Of a stretch of DNA of 64,000 bases, positions 30,056-46,327 are shown piece by piece. The position numbers and the translations under genes are program-made. The notes below the pieces were generated by a model. The model did not search any database and was not told the origin of the DNA. It was given only the letters and a program-made list of their open reading frames with translations. The stretch covers positions 27,734 to 91,733 of the forward strand of contig CAYFEQ010000003.1 in the NCBI GenBank assembly GCA_964342155.1, read 5' to 3'. Source of the stretch: an uncultured Ectothiorhodospiraceae bacterium (lineage in GTDB: Bacteria > Pseudomonadota > Gammaproteobacteria > GCA-002705445 > GCA-002716945). Numbering within the stretch: the stretch's first letter is position 1; the number at the start of each line of letters is the position of its first letter.

Positions 30056-30922
30056 TTATTTGTTACCTTTTGAGTCTTTAAAGTATTTGAAGAAATCAGA
30101 ATCTGGCTGTATGATCATAACATCTTCCTTCATATTAAATGAGCTTTTGTAAGCACTGAGACTTCTATAAAATGAATAGAATTCTGGGCTTAAATTATAT
30201 GATTCAGCATAAGTTTCTGCAGATATCGCATCTCCTTCACCTTTTATTTCTTGCGCTTGCTTATATGCCTCTGCAATTATTGTTTCAGATTCTCTCTCTG
30301 CGGTAGCAGTTATTCCTTGAGCAGTTTCTTTACCTTTTGATCTAAATGCTTTTGCGACAGTTGCTCTTTCTTTTACCATACGAGCATATACTGAGGCACT
30401 TACTTCATCGGGTAGATCTACTTTTTTTAATCTCACATCAACAACAGTAATTCCAAGCGATTGAGCAACTTGATTTGCTGATACTTTTACTGAATTCATT
30501 ATTTGAACTCTATCTCCTGAAACTACATCATTTATTGTTCTCTTACTGAATTCACTTTTTGTCAAATCATTAATAATTTGTGACAGACGATTTAACCCTA
30601 TTCTTTCATCGCCCTTGGAGGCTCTGAAAAAATTCTCAGGTCCAGATATTCTCCATTTAACAAATGAATCTACTATAACATTCTTTTTTTCACTAGTTAA
30701 AAATTGTTCCGGTTTAGAATCCATTGTTAGAATCCTGGAATCATACTTTTTAACATTGTTTATAAATGGAATCATAAAATATAGACCCGGGTCTGTGTAA
30801 CTGGAAACAATTTCTCCAAGTCTAAATTTAATAACAACTTGTCTTTGATCAACAATAAAAACTGAAGAATAAATAAGAATTATAGTTACTATTGCTATTG
30901 TTAAAATATTTCTATCATTCAT
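30056..30922 (-). CDS. hflC: FtsH protease modulator HflC (likely start 30922)
   Basis: SPFH domain, TSEKKNVIVD, RM..ER..VA..FRS.G, FYSFYRSL. Confidence 0.95.
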   Translation of the reverse strand: MNDRNILTIAIVTIILIYSSVFIVDQRQVVIKFRLGEIVSSYTDPGLYFMIPFINNVKKYDSRILTMDSKPEQFLTSEKKNVIVDSFVKWRISGPENFFRASKGDERIGLNRLSQIINDLTKSEFSKRTINDVVSGDRVQIMNSVKVSANQVAQSLGITVVDVRLKKVDLPDEVSASVYARMVKERATVAKAFRSKGKETAQGITATAERESETIIAEAYKQAQEIKGEGDAISAETYAESYNLSPEFYSFYRSLSAYKSSFNMKEDVMIIQPDSDFFKYFKDSKGNK

Positions 30923-32045
30923 ACACTTGTCTCTTTCTTGGATCAAAAGTATTTCGATCTAGTTTTAATTTATCTGACAATTGATTGGTACTATTATTAT
31001 TTCTTTCCTTATTATCTTGATAATTTGATGGATTAGATGGTTTTATAATTTTATCCAACGGCAGATACATTAAATTATTTCCGCCATCTACATCTATCAT
31101 AACTTTACTGGTATTTTCTAAAACCGATTCAACAGCTTCTAAATATAATCTCTCACGTGTTACTTCAGGTGCTTTAATATATTCTGTATACAATTGTCTG
31201 AATCGAGTTGCCTCTCCTTCTGCTGATTTAATTAATTTCACTCTATAGGCTTTTGCTTCTTCAAGTATTTGCTTTGCTTCACCTCTTGCTAGCGGTATGA
31301 TCTCATTTCTATAAGCTTCAGCCTCATTTATATAACGCTGCTCATCCTCTCTTGCTTTAATTGCATCAGAAAAAGCATCTTGAACTTGTTCTGGTGGCTG
31401 TGCTTCTAAAATATTGACAGTTTGTACATTTATTCCAGATTTATAAAAGTCTAAAATGCTCTGAAGTAAATCCTTTGTAGTGCTTGCTACTTCTTCTCTG
31501 CCTTCCGTAATAATGAAATCCATTTTATTTTTGCCTAAAACTTCTCTGATAGCACTCTCGCCAGCTTGTCTTAAAGTTATATCAGGGTCTCTGACATTAA
31601 AGATAAAATCACTAGCATCTTTTACATCATACTGAATAGCGAAGTTGATGCTTACAATATTTTCATCTTCGGTGAGCATAACAGTTTTTTGCTGAATCGA
31701 TCTAATTTTAGAGACATCGACAATTTCTACTGTTTGAATGATTCTAGGTATCCAATGTGGCCCAGGTTTAGTAATTTCATTAAATTTACCAAATTGCAGC
31801 ACAACTCCTCTTTCTCCATCATTTACAATATATATTCCGAACAACAAATATATTGCTAAAATTGCTAAACCAACCATACCAATATTTTTCTTAGAAGACG
31901 GATCTAAGGGGCCAGGTCCACCTTTACCAAACAGGGTCTTAAATGAGCTAACCAGGTTTTTTATAAGGTCATCGAGCTCAGATTTGTCTCCTTTATTATT
32001 TCCCCATGGGTTTTTATTTTTGTCGCCAGGTTCATTCCATGCCAT
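30915..32045 (-). CDS. hflK: FtsH protease modulator HflK
   Basis: MAWNEPG N-terminus, MLTEDENIV, AEGEATRF, APEVTRERLY. Confidence 0.96.
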   Translation of the reverse strand: MAWNEPGDKNKNPWGNNKGDKSELDDLIKNLVSSFKTLFGKGGPGPLDPSSKKNIGMVGLAILAIYLLFGIYIVNDGERGVVLQFGKFNEITKPGPHWIPRIIQTVEIVDVSKIRSIQQKTVMLTEDENIVSINFAIQYDVKDASDFIFNVRDPDITLRQAGESAIREVLGKNKMDFIITEGREEVASTTKDLLQSILDFYKSGINVQTVNILEAQPPEQVQDAFSDAIKAREDEQRYINEAEAYRNEIIPLARGEAKQILEEAKAYRVKLIKSAEGEATRFRQLYTEYIKAPEVTRERLYLEAVESVLENTSKVMIDVDGGNNLMYLPLDKIIKPSNPSNYQDNKERNNNSTNQLSDKLKLDRNTFDPRKRQVYE

Positions 32046-32083
32046 ATCGTTTCCTCATCGAATTAATAATAATACAAACTCTA

Positions 32084-32302
32084 CTAGTCATCAATTTCTA
32101 ATTTCGTAGGTTGGGTAGGCACTATTGTTGAAACGGCATGTTTATAAACACTCTGCGTAATCTTATTTTTAAGTAATATTGTATATTGGTCAAATGACTC
32201 TATTATACCTTCCAGCTTAATTCCATTTACAAGGAAAATTGATACCGTTATTTTTTCTTTTCTAAGTTTGTTAAGAAACTTATCTTGGAGGTTATCTGCC
32301 AT
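32084..32302 (-). CDS. hfq: RNA chaperone Hfq
   Basis: [25 protein letters not shown]. Confidence 0.96.
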   Translation of the reverse strand: MADNLQDKFLNKLRKEKITVSIFLVNGIKLEGIIESFDQYTILLKNKITQSVYKHAVSTIVPTQPTKLEIDD

Positions 32303-32366
32303 AATATTTTCTCATATATTATTTAGTCTTAATAAATATAAGAACTATATTTCATCTTGACACTAT

Positions 32367-33308
32367 TTATAAAAAATGCAAATTTTTCTCAATTTTTGTA
32401 AAAAAAGATGTTGGTATTTTACCTATATTACTAATTTCAACGGCATTTTCAAATTTTTTTAACCAAGTGATTTGTCTCTTTGCTAGTTGTCTTGTTGCAA
32501 AGATAGTTTTTTCAATGATTTCATCATAAGATAGCTTTCCATCCAAAAAGCTCATGATTTGTTTATATCCGATAGCTCTCATAGATTTAGATTCACATGA
32601 TAAATTATATTTATTTCTTATAGTGGTAACTTCATCAATAAATCCATCTTCAAACATTTTTTTTGTCCTTTGTTCAATTTTATTGTGCAATAATGTTCGA
32701 TTATCAATGATAAGTTTAATCGTCATTACATTATATTCTTTTGATAATGGTTTTGATGATGATAAAAAAGATGAAGGTCTATTTCCTGTTAATAAATAAA
32801 TTTCAAAAAATCTTTGTATGCGCTGAGAATCATTTTTAGTAATTTTTTTAGCACTCTTTAAATCTATCTTTTTTAAATTGCTGTATAAAGTTTCCCAAGT
32901 ATATTTTTGTGCTAAATTATTTATAAATTCTCGTGTTTCTTTAGAGCTTGCAGGAAGTTTATCTAAGCCACAATATAATTGATTAAAATACATTAGTGTT
33001 CCACCAACAAAGAGTGGAATTTTTTTTCTCTTATGAATTTCATTAATTAATCTATGTGCGTCTTGGTAAAAATCACCAACATTATAGTTTTCATTTGGAT
33101 CTCTGATATCTATAAGGTGGTGCTTAATTTTTGATAATATTTTTGAATTAGGTTTATCAGTGCCAATATCCATTTCTCTATATATCATTGCTGAATCAAC
33201 ACTTATGATTTCAACGGGGTACTTTTTTTCAAAAATAAATGCTAATTCAGTTTTACCAATTGCTGTTGGACCGATTATTGATAATATTGGTAATTTTGTT
33301 TTAGCCAT
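32367..33308 (-). CDS. miaA: tRNA dimethylallyltransferase
   Basis: GPTAIGKT, DSAMIYREMDIGTDKP, VGGT..Y, LAKRQITW. Confidence 0.95.
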   Translation of the reverse strand: MAKTKLPILSIIGPTAIGKTELAFIFEKKYPVEIISVDSAMIYREMDIGTDKPNSKILSKIKHHLIDIRDPNENYNVGDFYQDAHRLINEIHKRKKIPLFVGGTLMYFNQLYCGLDKLPASSKETREFINNLAQKYTWETLYSNLKKIDLKSAKKITKNDSQRIQRFFEIYLLTGNRPSSFLSSSKPLSKEYNVMTIKLIIDNRTLLHNKIEQRTKKMFEDGFIDEVTTIRNKYNLSCESKSMRAIGYKQIMSFLDGKLSYDEIIEKTIFATRQLAKRQITWLKKFENAVEISNIGKIPTSFFTKIEKNLHFL

Positions 33309-33729
33309 TATATTTATCTGTAACTTTAATCAGTCTCCCAATATCAAGACTAATTAAATCAATAATTATATTTGGCTTAGGCAATATAGATTCGTATTTA
33401 CATGGCCACTCGAAAAAATGGATAGCATTCTGATTCAAATAGTCGTTTATTCCAATATCTAATAATTCTTGACTATCTTTAAGTTTATAGAGGTCATAAT
33501 GAAAGACTTTCAAATTATCAAGTTCGTACTCATTAATAAGCGTAAAAGTTGGGCTAGTAATAACTTTATCAATCTTACGGGCCTTAATAAAAGTTCTTAC
33601 TATTGAAGTTTTTCCAGATCCAATGTCTCCGTTAAGAAAAAATATGTGGTTATTAGATTTTGATAAATTAATATCATTGAATATTTTATAATAACTTTTT
33701 TCTGTATCAGTATAATAATATTTAATCAT
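33301..33729 (-). CDS. tsaE: t6A biosynthesis ATPase TsaE
   Basis: GDIGSGKT, SPTFTL.NEY, HYDLYKL, EWP. Confidence 0.92.
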   Translation of the reverse strand: MIKYYYTDTEKSYYKIFNDINLSKSNNHIFFLNGDIGSGKTSIVRTFIKARKIDKVITSPTFTLINEYELDNLKVFHYDLYKLKDSQELLDIGINDYLNQNAIHFFEWPCKYESILPKPNIIIDLISLDIGRLIKVTDKYNG

Positions 33730-33749
33730 AATTTTTCAGTAATTGCTTC

Positions 33750-35282
33750 TCATAATCTTCTGCTAGAATTTAATAATGAAGCACATTTTTTTATAACATC
33801 CGTTGCTAATAAACCAATTGTTCCTTTTTTTTGTATAATAAGATCTGCAGCTAATGAATGTATACCTGTTGCAAATAGAACGGCCTCAGCTTTATCTTTA
33901 ATCAAAGTAGTAGAAGAAAGAATAATTCCGCTTAGACAATCACCCATACCAGCTGAAGCCATACCTTCATTTCCATGTAAAGAAATAGATGTCCGATTAT
34001 TTGATGTTTTAACTATTGTGCCAGAGCCTTTTAAAACTATTATCCCACCATATTTTTTTTGTATTTGATTAACTGCTTCGAATCTATTTGATTGAATTGT
34101 CGAGACTTTAACATTTAATAGTCGTGCTGCTTCTCCTGGATGTGGCGTTAAAATCCAGTTATCATATTTGAATGGTTTTGATGCAAGTAAATTTAAAGCA
34201 TCAGCATCGAGTATAATAGTATGATTAAAACTTTTTTTACTGAGCAAAAAAGATTTAAGGTTCTTAAAAATTTCATGTGACCATTTTGATTGTCCTAATC
34301 CAGGACCAATAAGAAGGTTATTATAAGATTCAAGTTTATCTGAAAATTGTAGTTTTTTATAAGTCGATGCAATTAATTCAGGGTGACGCATAGGCAATAA
34401 CTCTGAGTGTTTTTTTGTAGATATAACTTCAATATATCTACATCCTGTTTTAAGCGCAGAATGACTAGATAAAAGAAGTGCTCCGAAAAAATTTTCATTT
34501 CCTCCAATGATTAAGCTTTTACCTAATGAATTTTTATGTGTGTCGTGTTTTTTTCTAAATTTAAATTTTTTTGATAAGATCTTATTTTTAAAATTGAATA
34601 AATTTATTTTATATTGTTTAAATGAAGATAGAGAAAGGAGATATGTATTTTCATTATTTTCAGTTTTAATTAAAGGGTGATTATCTAATCTTTCCCAATA
34701 ATCTCGTCCGCTCTTTGTAAATAAACCTTTTTTTAAAGAAATTAATGTGCAGCACAAGTTTGATCTAACAGTTTCTTCAAATGCTGTTCCTGTCTCTGAA
34801 TTTAGTCCACTGGGTATATCAATTGAAACTACATATGCTTTTGAATTGTTAATTTCTTTGATGATCTTCGCGTAAATTCCAATAATCTTTTTATTCAAAC
34901 CTGTTCCAAATAAACCATCTATTACTAATGTATAATTAGCGCATGATATAGGGTTTTTTATATCGATATATTTGTTTAATTCAAGATCATCTATAATTTT
35001 TTGATGATTTTTTTTGCTTTTTTGTGGAACACATATATCAACTTTATATCTTTTTTTGATTAATAGTTTTGATAAAAAAAGTCCATCAGCGCCATTGCTT
35101 CCAGGTCCAATAAAAACTTTTATTTTTTTTAGTTTTTTTCCTTCTAATTTAATTATTGATTTGAGAAGCCCTTCACTGGCTTTTTTTACTAGGTGGAAGC
35201 AATCTTTCTTCTTTGAATATTCTTTTTCAATTGAAATAATAGATTCAGAAGATTGTATTGGAGCAAAATTAAAAACAAGCAT
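33750..35282 (-). CDS. nnr: Bifunctional NAD(P)H-hydrate epimerase/dehydratase
   Basis: GPGSNGADG, IDGLFGTG, DIPSG, GPGLG, LDADAL, LTPHPGE, GMGD.L.G. Confidence 0.93.
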   Translation of the reverse strand: MLVFNFAPIQSSESIISIEKEYSKKKDCFHLVKKASEGLLKSIIKLEGKKLKKIKVFIGPGSNGADGLFLSKLLIKKRYKVDICVPQKSKKNHQKIIDDLELNKYIDIKNPISCANYTLVIDGLFGTGLNKKIIGIYAKIIKEINNSKAYVVSIDIPSGLNSETGTAFEETVRSNLCCTLISLKKGLFTKSGRDYWERLDNHPLIKTENNENTYLLSLSSFKQYKINLFNFKNKILSKKFKFRKKHDTHKNSLGKSLIIGGNENFFGALLLSSHSALKTGCRYIEVISTKKHSELLPMRHPELIASTYKKLQFSDKLESYNNLLIGPGLGQSKWSHEIFKNLKSFLLSKKSFNHTIILDADALNLLASKPFKYDNWILTPHPGEAARLLNVKVSTIQSNRFEAVNQIQKKYGGIIVLKGSGTIVKTSNNRTSISLHGNEGMASAGMGDCLSGIILSSTTLIKDKAEAVLFATGIHSLAADLIIQKKGTIGLLATDVIKKCASLLNSSRRL

Positions 35283-36184
35283 TAATATTTCAATGTATTG
35301 CTGTTAATGTTTAACAATTTATTGAGAGTTTTTCCTAACAGATTATCCAAAAGGCTTTCTTTTCTATTATAATTGAGAATAACTACATCATTAAAATATT
35401 TTTCATTAACATCATAAACGGAAGCAACATCATCTATCAAACCAATTTCTAGCGCTTGGTTGCCTGTCCAAAAAAGCCCAGTAGAAATATCGGTATCATT
35501 CAACTTGTCTCCTCGAGATTTTTTTATATCAGATATGAATTGATTGTGTATGTCTTTGATTAGATTCGTAAGATGTTTTTTATGTCTTTCAGATAATGTT
35601 TGAAAAGGGTCAAGGATTGTTTTATCTTCACCAGACGAAATAGTTTGAGATTTAATTCCTAATTTATCCATTAAAGATTGAATGTTAAAACTATCTAGTC
35701 TTACTCCAATCGAACCTACAATACTTGAGCTGCTTGAAAAAATTAAATCTGTACTAGCAGCAATATAGTAGCCGCCAGAAGTTCCCATATCTTCTATAAC
35801 AGAATATATAGGTTTATTATATTTTAATTTAAGCTTTACAATTTGATCATGGATGAGTTTAGATTGTACGGCACTTCCACCAGGACTGTTAATTTTTAGA
35901 ATAATGCCAAGACAAGTTTCATTCTTCATTGCATTTTTTACGAAAGGTATAATATTTTGACTATTTACACCTGTTCCAGGAGCAATGACCCCATTAACTT
36001 CAATAATTGCTGTATGCTGTTTTGTATGAATCTCATCATCTAATGCTGAGAAAAAAACTACGATTAATAATAATCCAAAAATTATGAAAAAGATTGAACG
36101 AAACAAAAACTTATTTTTATTTTCTAATCTCTTTTCTTCAATTAAAGAATTAACTAAATCTTTTAACAAATCATCACTATTCAT
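35282..36184 (-). CDS. sppA: S49 family signal peptide peptidase (short SppA type)
   Basis: N-terminal TM, INSPGGS, SGGYYIA, GSIGV, TGNQALEIGLID. Confidence 0.88.
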   Translation of the reverse strand: MNSDDLLKDLVNSLIEEKRLENKNKFLFRSIFFIIFGLLLIVVFFSALDDEIHTKQHTAIIEVNGVIAPGTGVNSQNIIPFVKNAMKNETCLGIILKINSPGGSAVQSKLIHDQIVKLKLKYNKPIYSVIEDMGTSGGYYIAASTDLIFSSSSSIVGSIGVRLDSFNIQSLMDKLGIKSQTISSGEDKTILDPFQTLSERHKKHLTNLIKDIHNQFISDIKKSRGDKLNDTDISTGLFWTGNQALEIGLIDDVASVYDVNEKYFNDVVILNYNRKESLLDNLLGKTLNKLLNINSNTLKY

Positions 36185-36215
36185 ATTTTATCCCTTATCT
36201 AAATTATATATTAAT

Positions 36216-37130
36216 CTAGTTTTTATTTATAGTATCTAAGATATTAGTTAAGTCAAAGGGGGTTTTTGCAGTAAAATTATATTGCTTCTTATAAAAAAAT
36301 GAGATTTCAGATGAGTGTAAAAAAATTCTATGCAATCCAATTTTTTTAAAATCCTTATTTATGTTTTTATCTCCGTATTTCATATCCCCACAAATTGGAT
36401 AGCCTATCTCGGCTGAATGTGCTCTTATTTGATGAGTTCTCCCAGTTTTAATTATAACTTCTACTAGCGTTGATCTATTAAAAGTTTTTTGTACTTTATA
36501 TTCAGTTATAGCTTCTTTCCCATTTTCAGAGACAGCCATCTTTTTAATACCGAGGACTTTTTCCTTTTTCAACGATTTGGAGACAAAAAACTCTTTCTTT
36601 TTTATTCTACCTGCAAGTAGTGCAATATACTTTTTAGATACTGCTTTTGTAGTAAACAAATTACCAACAGATGAAGCTGTTTTATAATTTTTTGCTAATA
36701 TTAAGCAGCCGCTAGTATATTTGTCTATTCTATGCACCAAGGTAATATCTTTATACGTTGGCATATCTCTTAAAAGACTAATGATATTGGTTTTAATTTT
36801 TGTGCCTGAATGGACAGCAATTCCACTTGGTTTATTGAGAACCAATAAATCCTTATCCTCAAAAATAATATTTTTCTCTATGAGCTCCTTTACATGTGTT
36901 TGCTGTGTCGAGGCGCGTGTTTTATCAATTAATGGTGGTATACGTATAATATCATCACACTGAATCCGATAGGAGGGTTGTGTGCGTTTCATATTAACTC
37001 TAACCTGCCCATCTCTTATAATTTTATATAGGAGGCTTTTAGGTATGCTTTTTAATGATTTCCTAAGAAAATTATCTAGTCTTTGTCCTGATTGATCAGT
37101 TGAAATAGATAGCTTTTTTACTGCTGTCAT
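36216..37130 (-). CDS. rluC: 23S rRNA pseudouridine synthase RluC
   Basis: S4 domain QRLDNFL, VHRIDKYTSG, TGRTHQIR; divergent from rne. Confidence 0.9.
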   Translation of the reverse strand: MTAVKKLSISTDQSGQRLDNFLRKSLKSIPKSLLYKIIRDGQVRVNMKRTQPSYRIQCDDIIRIPPLIDKTRASTQQTHVKELIEKNIIFEDKDLLVLNKPSGIAVHSGTKIKTNIISLLRDMPTYKDITLVHRIDKYTSGCLILAKNYKTASSVGNLFTTKAVSKKYIALLAGRIKKKEFFVSKSLKKEKVLGIKKMAVSENGKEAITEYKVQKTFNRSTLVEVIIKTGRTHQIRAHSAEIGYPICGDMKYGDKNINKDFKKIGLHRIFLHSSEISFFYKKQYNFTAKTPFDLTNILDTINKN

Positions 37131-37211
37131 GATTATTGTATAAAATAAAGGTTTGAAGATAGTTTAAATCATTGATATATTAATTCAAAGATTTTTATAT
37201 TGTTTGAAGAT

Positions 37212-37362
37212 GTCCCACAATTTGGGATTAATAAGAAAAAGTTGAAAAAGGCCTTATATTAGTAAAAAATTTGTTTTCTGAGGCAAATCTCTCAGACTTA
37301 AAACAATAGGCTCAAACAATAATCTTTGATAATGAAAATAGCAGTTTATAAATAATGGCCTT
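37212..37362 (+). promoter_or_regulatory. Structured rne 5' leader (candidate autoregulatory UTR)
   Basis: Hairpin GTCCCA/TGGGAT (37212-37228); bulged stem TTGTTTTCTGAG/CTCAG..AAAACAA (37271-37306); long-range AAGGCCTTAT/ATAA-T-GGCCTT (37248-37257 with 37352-37362). Confidence 0.55.
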
Positions 37363-37395
37363 GAGTAATGTAACTTATGAATTACAGGATTAATA

Positions 37396-39195
37396 ATGAA
37401 ACAAATATTAGTGAATGCTTCTCAAAAGGAGGAGATGAGACTCGCTGTAGTCGAAAACAAAGAATTAATAGATTTAGATATAGAAGCACCATCAAAAACT
37501 ACAAAATCGAATATATATAAAGGTATAATCTCCAGGGTTGAACCTAGTTTAGAAGCAGCTTTTGTAAATTTTGGAAGAGCAAGACATGGGTTTCTTCCAT
37601 TCAAAGAAATTTCAAATGAGGTGTTTACCCCAAAAATTCCTAGGACTTCAAAAGATTGTCTTAAATCAGGTCAAGAAATAGTTGTTCAGGTTGATAGGGA
37701 AGAAAGAGGTAGTAAAGGAGCTGCTCTTACAACACATCTTACACTTGCTGGTAAATACCTAGTTTTACTTCCTAAGAATCCTAATACAGGTGGGATTTCT
37801 AGAAGACTTGAAGGGTCAGCTAGATTAACAGCAAAAAAATTACTTAATTCAATAAAAATCCCAGATGGTATGAGCGTAATACTCCGAACTTCTGGCCTAG
37901 ACTCGACAGCAGAATCTTTGCAATGGGACATTGATTATTTAATTCAAATCTATGAATCTATTTTAGAAAATTCAATTTTAAAAGAAGCTCCTTTCTTAAT
38001 CTATCAGGAAAGCAATATACTTCAGCGACTAATTAGGGATTATATAGATGAGAGAAGCGATGAAGTAATTATCGATGATCAAGATTTTTATGATAAGTTT
38101 TTAATTTCTAAGGAACATTTTATTCCTCATTCAAAAATAAAAGTAACTCAACATACAGAATCCATACCACTATTCAGTAAATTTAGAATTGAATCGCAAA
38201 TACAAACTGTTTATAAAAGAAAAGTTGCTCTACCATCAGGCGGTAATGTAGTTTTTGATCAAACTGAGGCGCTCACCAGTATAGATGTGAATTCAGCTAA
38301 ATCTACAAGAGGCGGCGATATAGAAGAAACAGCATTGAATACAAATATAGAAGCTGTTTCAGTTATATCCTCACAATTAAAACTTCGTGATATTGGAGGT
38401 CTTATAGTTGTTGATTTTATTGATATGATGTCAATGAATTCCCAAAAGAGCGTCATGCGAAAAATGGGAGAATCATCTAAATACGATAAAGCTAAAATCC
38501 AAATAGGAAGAATTTCAAAGTTTGGCTTGCTAGAACTTTCTAGACAAAAATTAAAATCTACTTTACTTGGGACCAGCAATGAGGTTTGCCCTACTTGCTC
38601 TGGTTCTGGGCAAATAAAATCACTTACTACTCTGACAATCTCATTTCTAAGAATTTTAGAAGAGGAAGCAATGAAGAGTGAAAAATCACTAACTGTCTAT
38701 CTTCCTGTCAGAATGGCTACATACTTATTAAATGAGAAAAAGGATTTAATTGAAAATATTGAAAATAGACAATCTATAAGTATTAAGGTAATTCCAGATC
38801 CAGATTTAGAAGGCTCTAATTATAATATTGACAAACAAAATCTACCAGAAAATGAATATAAAATGTCAATTAAAAATAACAAGTTTGGAAATAAATCAAA
38901 TAATTATGATACAAAAAATATATCTCAGCAAAAACCAATGATTGAATCAATCATACCTAAGACATCACCTCCAAAGCCAACAAGTAGAAAAGCAAGTTCT
39001 TCTGATGGTCTTTTTACTAGAATCATGAGGGCACTTTTTGGTCAGAAAGATAAAAAAGTCACTAAAAGCAGACCTTATCAGCATAGAGGAAGAAGATATA
39101 ATAGATACGGATCTAATAAGTTTAACAAATATAAATCCTACAATAGAAAGAAAAGAAACTATAATACTAGTAGTAAAACAAACTCTAGTAAATAA
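37396..39195 (+). CDS. rne: Ribonuclease E with very short C-terminal region
   Basis: VEPSLEAAFV, HGFLP, SIDVNS, LRDIGGLIVVDFIDM, CPTCSGSG zinc link. Confidence 0.94.
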   Translation: MKQILVNASQKEEMRLAVVENKELIDLDIEAPSKTTKSNIYKGIISRVEPSLEAAFVNFGRARHGFLPFKEISNEVFTPKIPRTSKDCLKSGQEIVVQVDREERGSKGAALTTHLTLAGKYLVLLPKNPNTGGISRRLEGSARLTAKKLLNSIKIPDGMSVILRTSGLDSTAESLQWDIDYLIQIYESILENSILKEAPFLIYQESNILQRLIRDYIDERSDEVIIDDQDFYDKFLISKEHFIPHSKIKVTQHTESIPLFSKFRIESQIQTVYKRKVALPSGGNVVFDQTEALTSIDVNSAKSTRGGDIEETALNTNIEAVSVISSQLKLRDIGGLIVVDFIDMMSMNSQKSVMRKMGESSKYDKAKIQIGRISKFGLLELSRQKLKSTLLGTSNEVCPTCSGSGQIKSLTTLTISFLRILEEEAMKSEKSLTVYLPVRMATYLLNEKKDLIENIENRQSISIKVIPDPDLEGSNYNIDKQNLPENEYKMSIKNNKFGNKSNNYDTKNISQQKPMIESIIPKTSPPKPTSRKASSSDGLFTRIMRALFGQKDKKVTKSRPYQHRGRRYNRYGSNKFNKYKSYNRKKRNYNTSSKTNSSK

Positions 39196-40610
39196 TGCTT
39201 AATTTTATATATAGATTTTTATTAATTAGCCTAATTATTGGGATTCTTATAAATGTTTTTTCAAACTATATTTTCAAAAGAAATAATCTAGAAAATATTA
39301 TAGCAAAAAATCAAATAAACTTTGTAACTAAAATTGGGCCTACAACATATTATCAAAATAAAGGTGTTCCTGCTGGTTTTGAATATGAGCTTATGGCTGA
39401 TTTTGCTGAATATCTTGGTGTTGAATTAAATATAATTACAGAAGAAAGTATAAATAAAATTATTTTAAGCTTGGACAATCAAACATCAGATATAGGTGTA
39501 GGATTAACTGCAACCGAAACTAAGAAAAAAAAATTAAGTTTTGCATACCCGTACAATAGAGTTGATCAGGTATTAGTATATAATTCAGATACAAGAAATA
39601 GACCAAGAAAAGTTGAAGATATTTTATCTGGTACTATTGAAATTCTTAAATCAAGCAATCATGAAGAAGTTTTAAATTCTCTAAAAACTAACCACCCCAC
39701 ACTAAAATGGATTTCTCTTGAAAATGTAAATACTGATGAGTTAATAGAATTGGTTAATGAAGGAATGATAGATTATACAATTTTAAATTCAAATGAGTTT
39801 GAAATTTATAGTCAATTCTACCCTAATATAAAAACTGCGTTTAAAGTGAGTACGTCAGAACCTGTTGCATGGGCATTGTCTTCTTATAATGATGGTAGTT
39901 TGACAAATAAACTGAAAGAATTTTTCGAACATTCAATTAATAATAATAGGCTAAATACACTTTTTGAAAAACATTTTGGTCATCTTAATACTTTCTCATT
40001 TGTTGGATCTAAACAATTCTTAAGAGACATTGTATTAATACTTCCAAAATATGAACAAACTTTTAGAGATGCGGCTGAAAAATATAACCTTGATTGGCGT
40101 TTATTAGCAAGCGTTGCTTACCAAGAATCTAGATGGCGCGAGGAAGCTGTTTCTTATACTGGTGTTAGAGGCCTAATGATGTTAACTCAAGATACTGCTA
40201 AATATCTAGGTGTTGAAAATCGAACAGATCCAATTCAAAGCATAAGAGGTGGAGCAAAATACATAAATCAACTTCTAAAAAGACTCCCAATAAAAGTTCT
40301 CGAGCCTGATCGCACATGGTTTGCATTAGCAGCTTATAATTTAGGCCTTGGACATGTTACAGACGCATTCCAACTTGCAAGAAACCAAAATAAAAATCCT
40401 TATAATTGGCTAGAAATGAAACCTATATTATTACAATTAAGTAAGTCACAATATTATAAAACAACAAAATATGGATATGCACGTGGATGGGAAGCCCTTA
40501 AGTACGTTCAAAATATTAGACAATATTATGATATCCTTGTATTCTTAGATTCGAAAGATGATGAGAAAAAGAACAAAATAATAAATGATAGAATTCCACA
40601 ATCACTTTAG
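39195..40610 (+). CDS. mltF: Membrane-bound lytic murein transglycosylase F
   Basis: SBP-type N-domain (GFEYEL), SLT domain YQES, GLMML, AAYNLG, YGYARG.EA. Confidence 0.93.
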   Translation: MLNFIYRFLLISLIIGILINVFSNYIFKRNNLENIIAKNQINFVTKIGPTTYYQNKGVPAGFEYELMADFAEYLGVELNIITEESINKIILSLDNQTSDIGVGLTATETKKKKLSFAYPYNRVDQVLVYNSDTRNRPRKVEDILSGTIEILKSSNHEEVLNSLKTNHPTLKWISLENVNTDELIELVNEGMIDYTILNSNEFEIYSQFYPNIKTAFKVSTSEPVAWALSSYNDGSLTNKLKEFFEHSINNNRLNTLFEKHFGHLNTFSFVGSKQFLRDIVLILPKYEQTFRDAAEKYNLDWRLLASVAYQESRWREEAVSYTGVRGLMMLTQDTAKYLGVENRTDPIQSIRGGAKYINQLLKRLPIKVLEPDRTWFALAAYNLGLGHVTDAFQLARNQNKNPYNWLEMKPILLQLSKSQYYKTTKYGYARGWEALKYVQNIRQYYDILVFLDSKDDEKKNKIINDRIPQSL

Positions 40611-40618
40611 TATTATAT

Positions 40619-46264
<5,646 letters not shown>

Positions 46265-46327
46265 AATACCTACATTAAATTATAATATTTTCTTTGCTAT
46301 AATACTACCATCAGGAGATATCGATAA

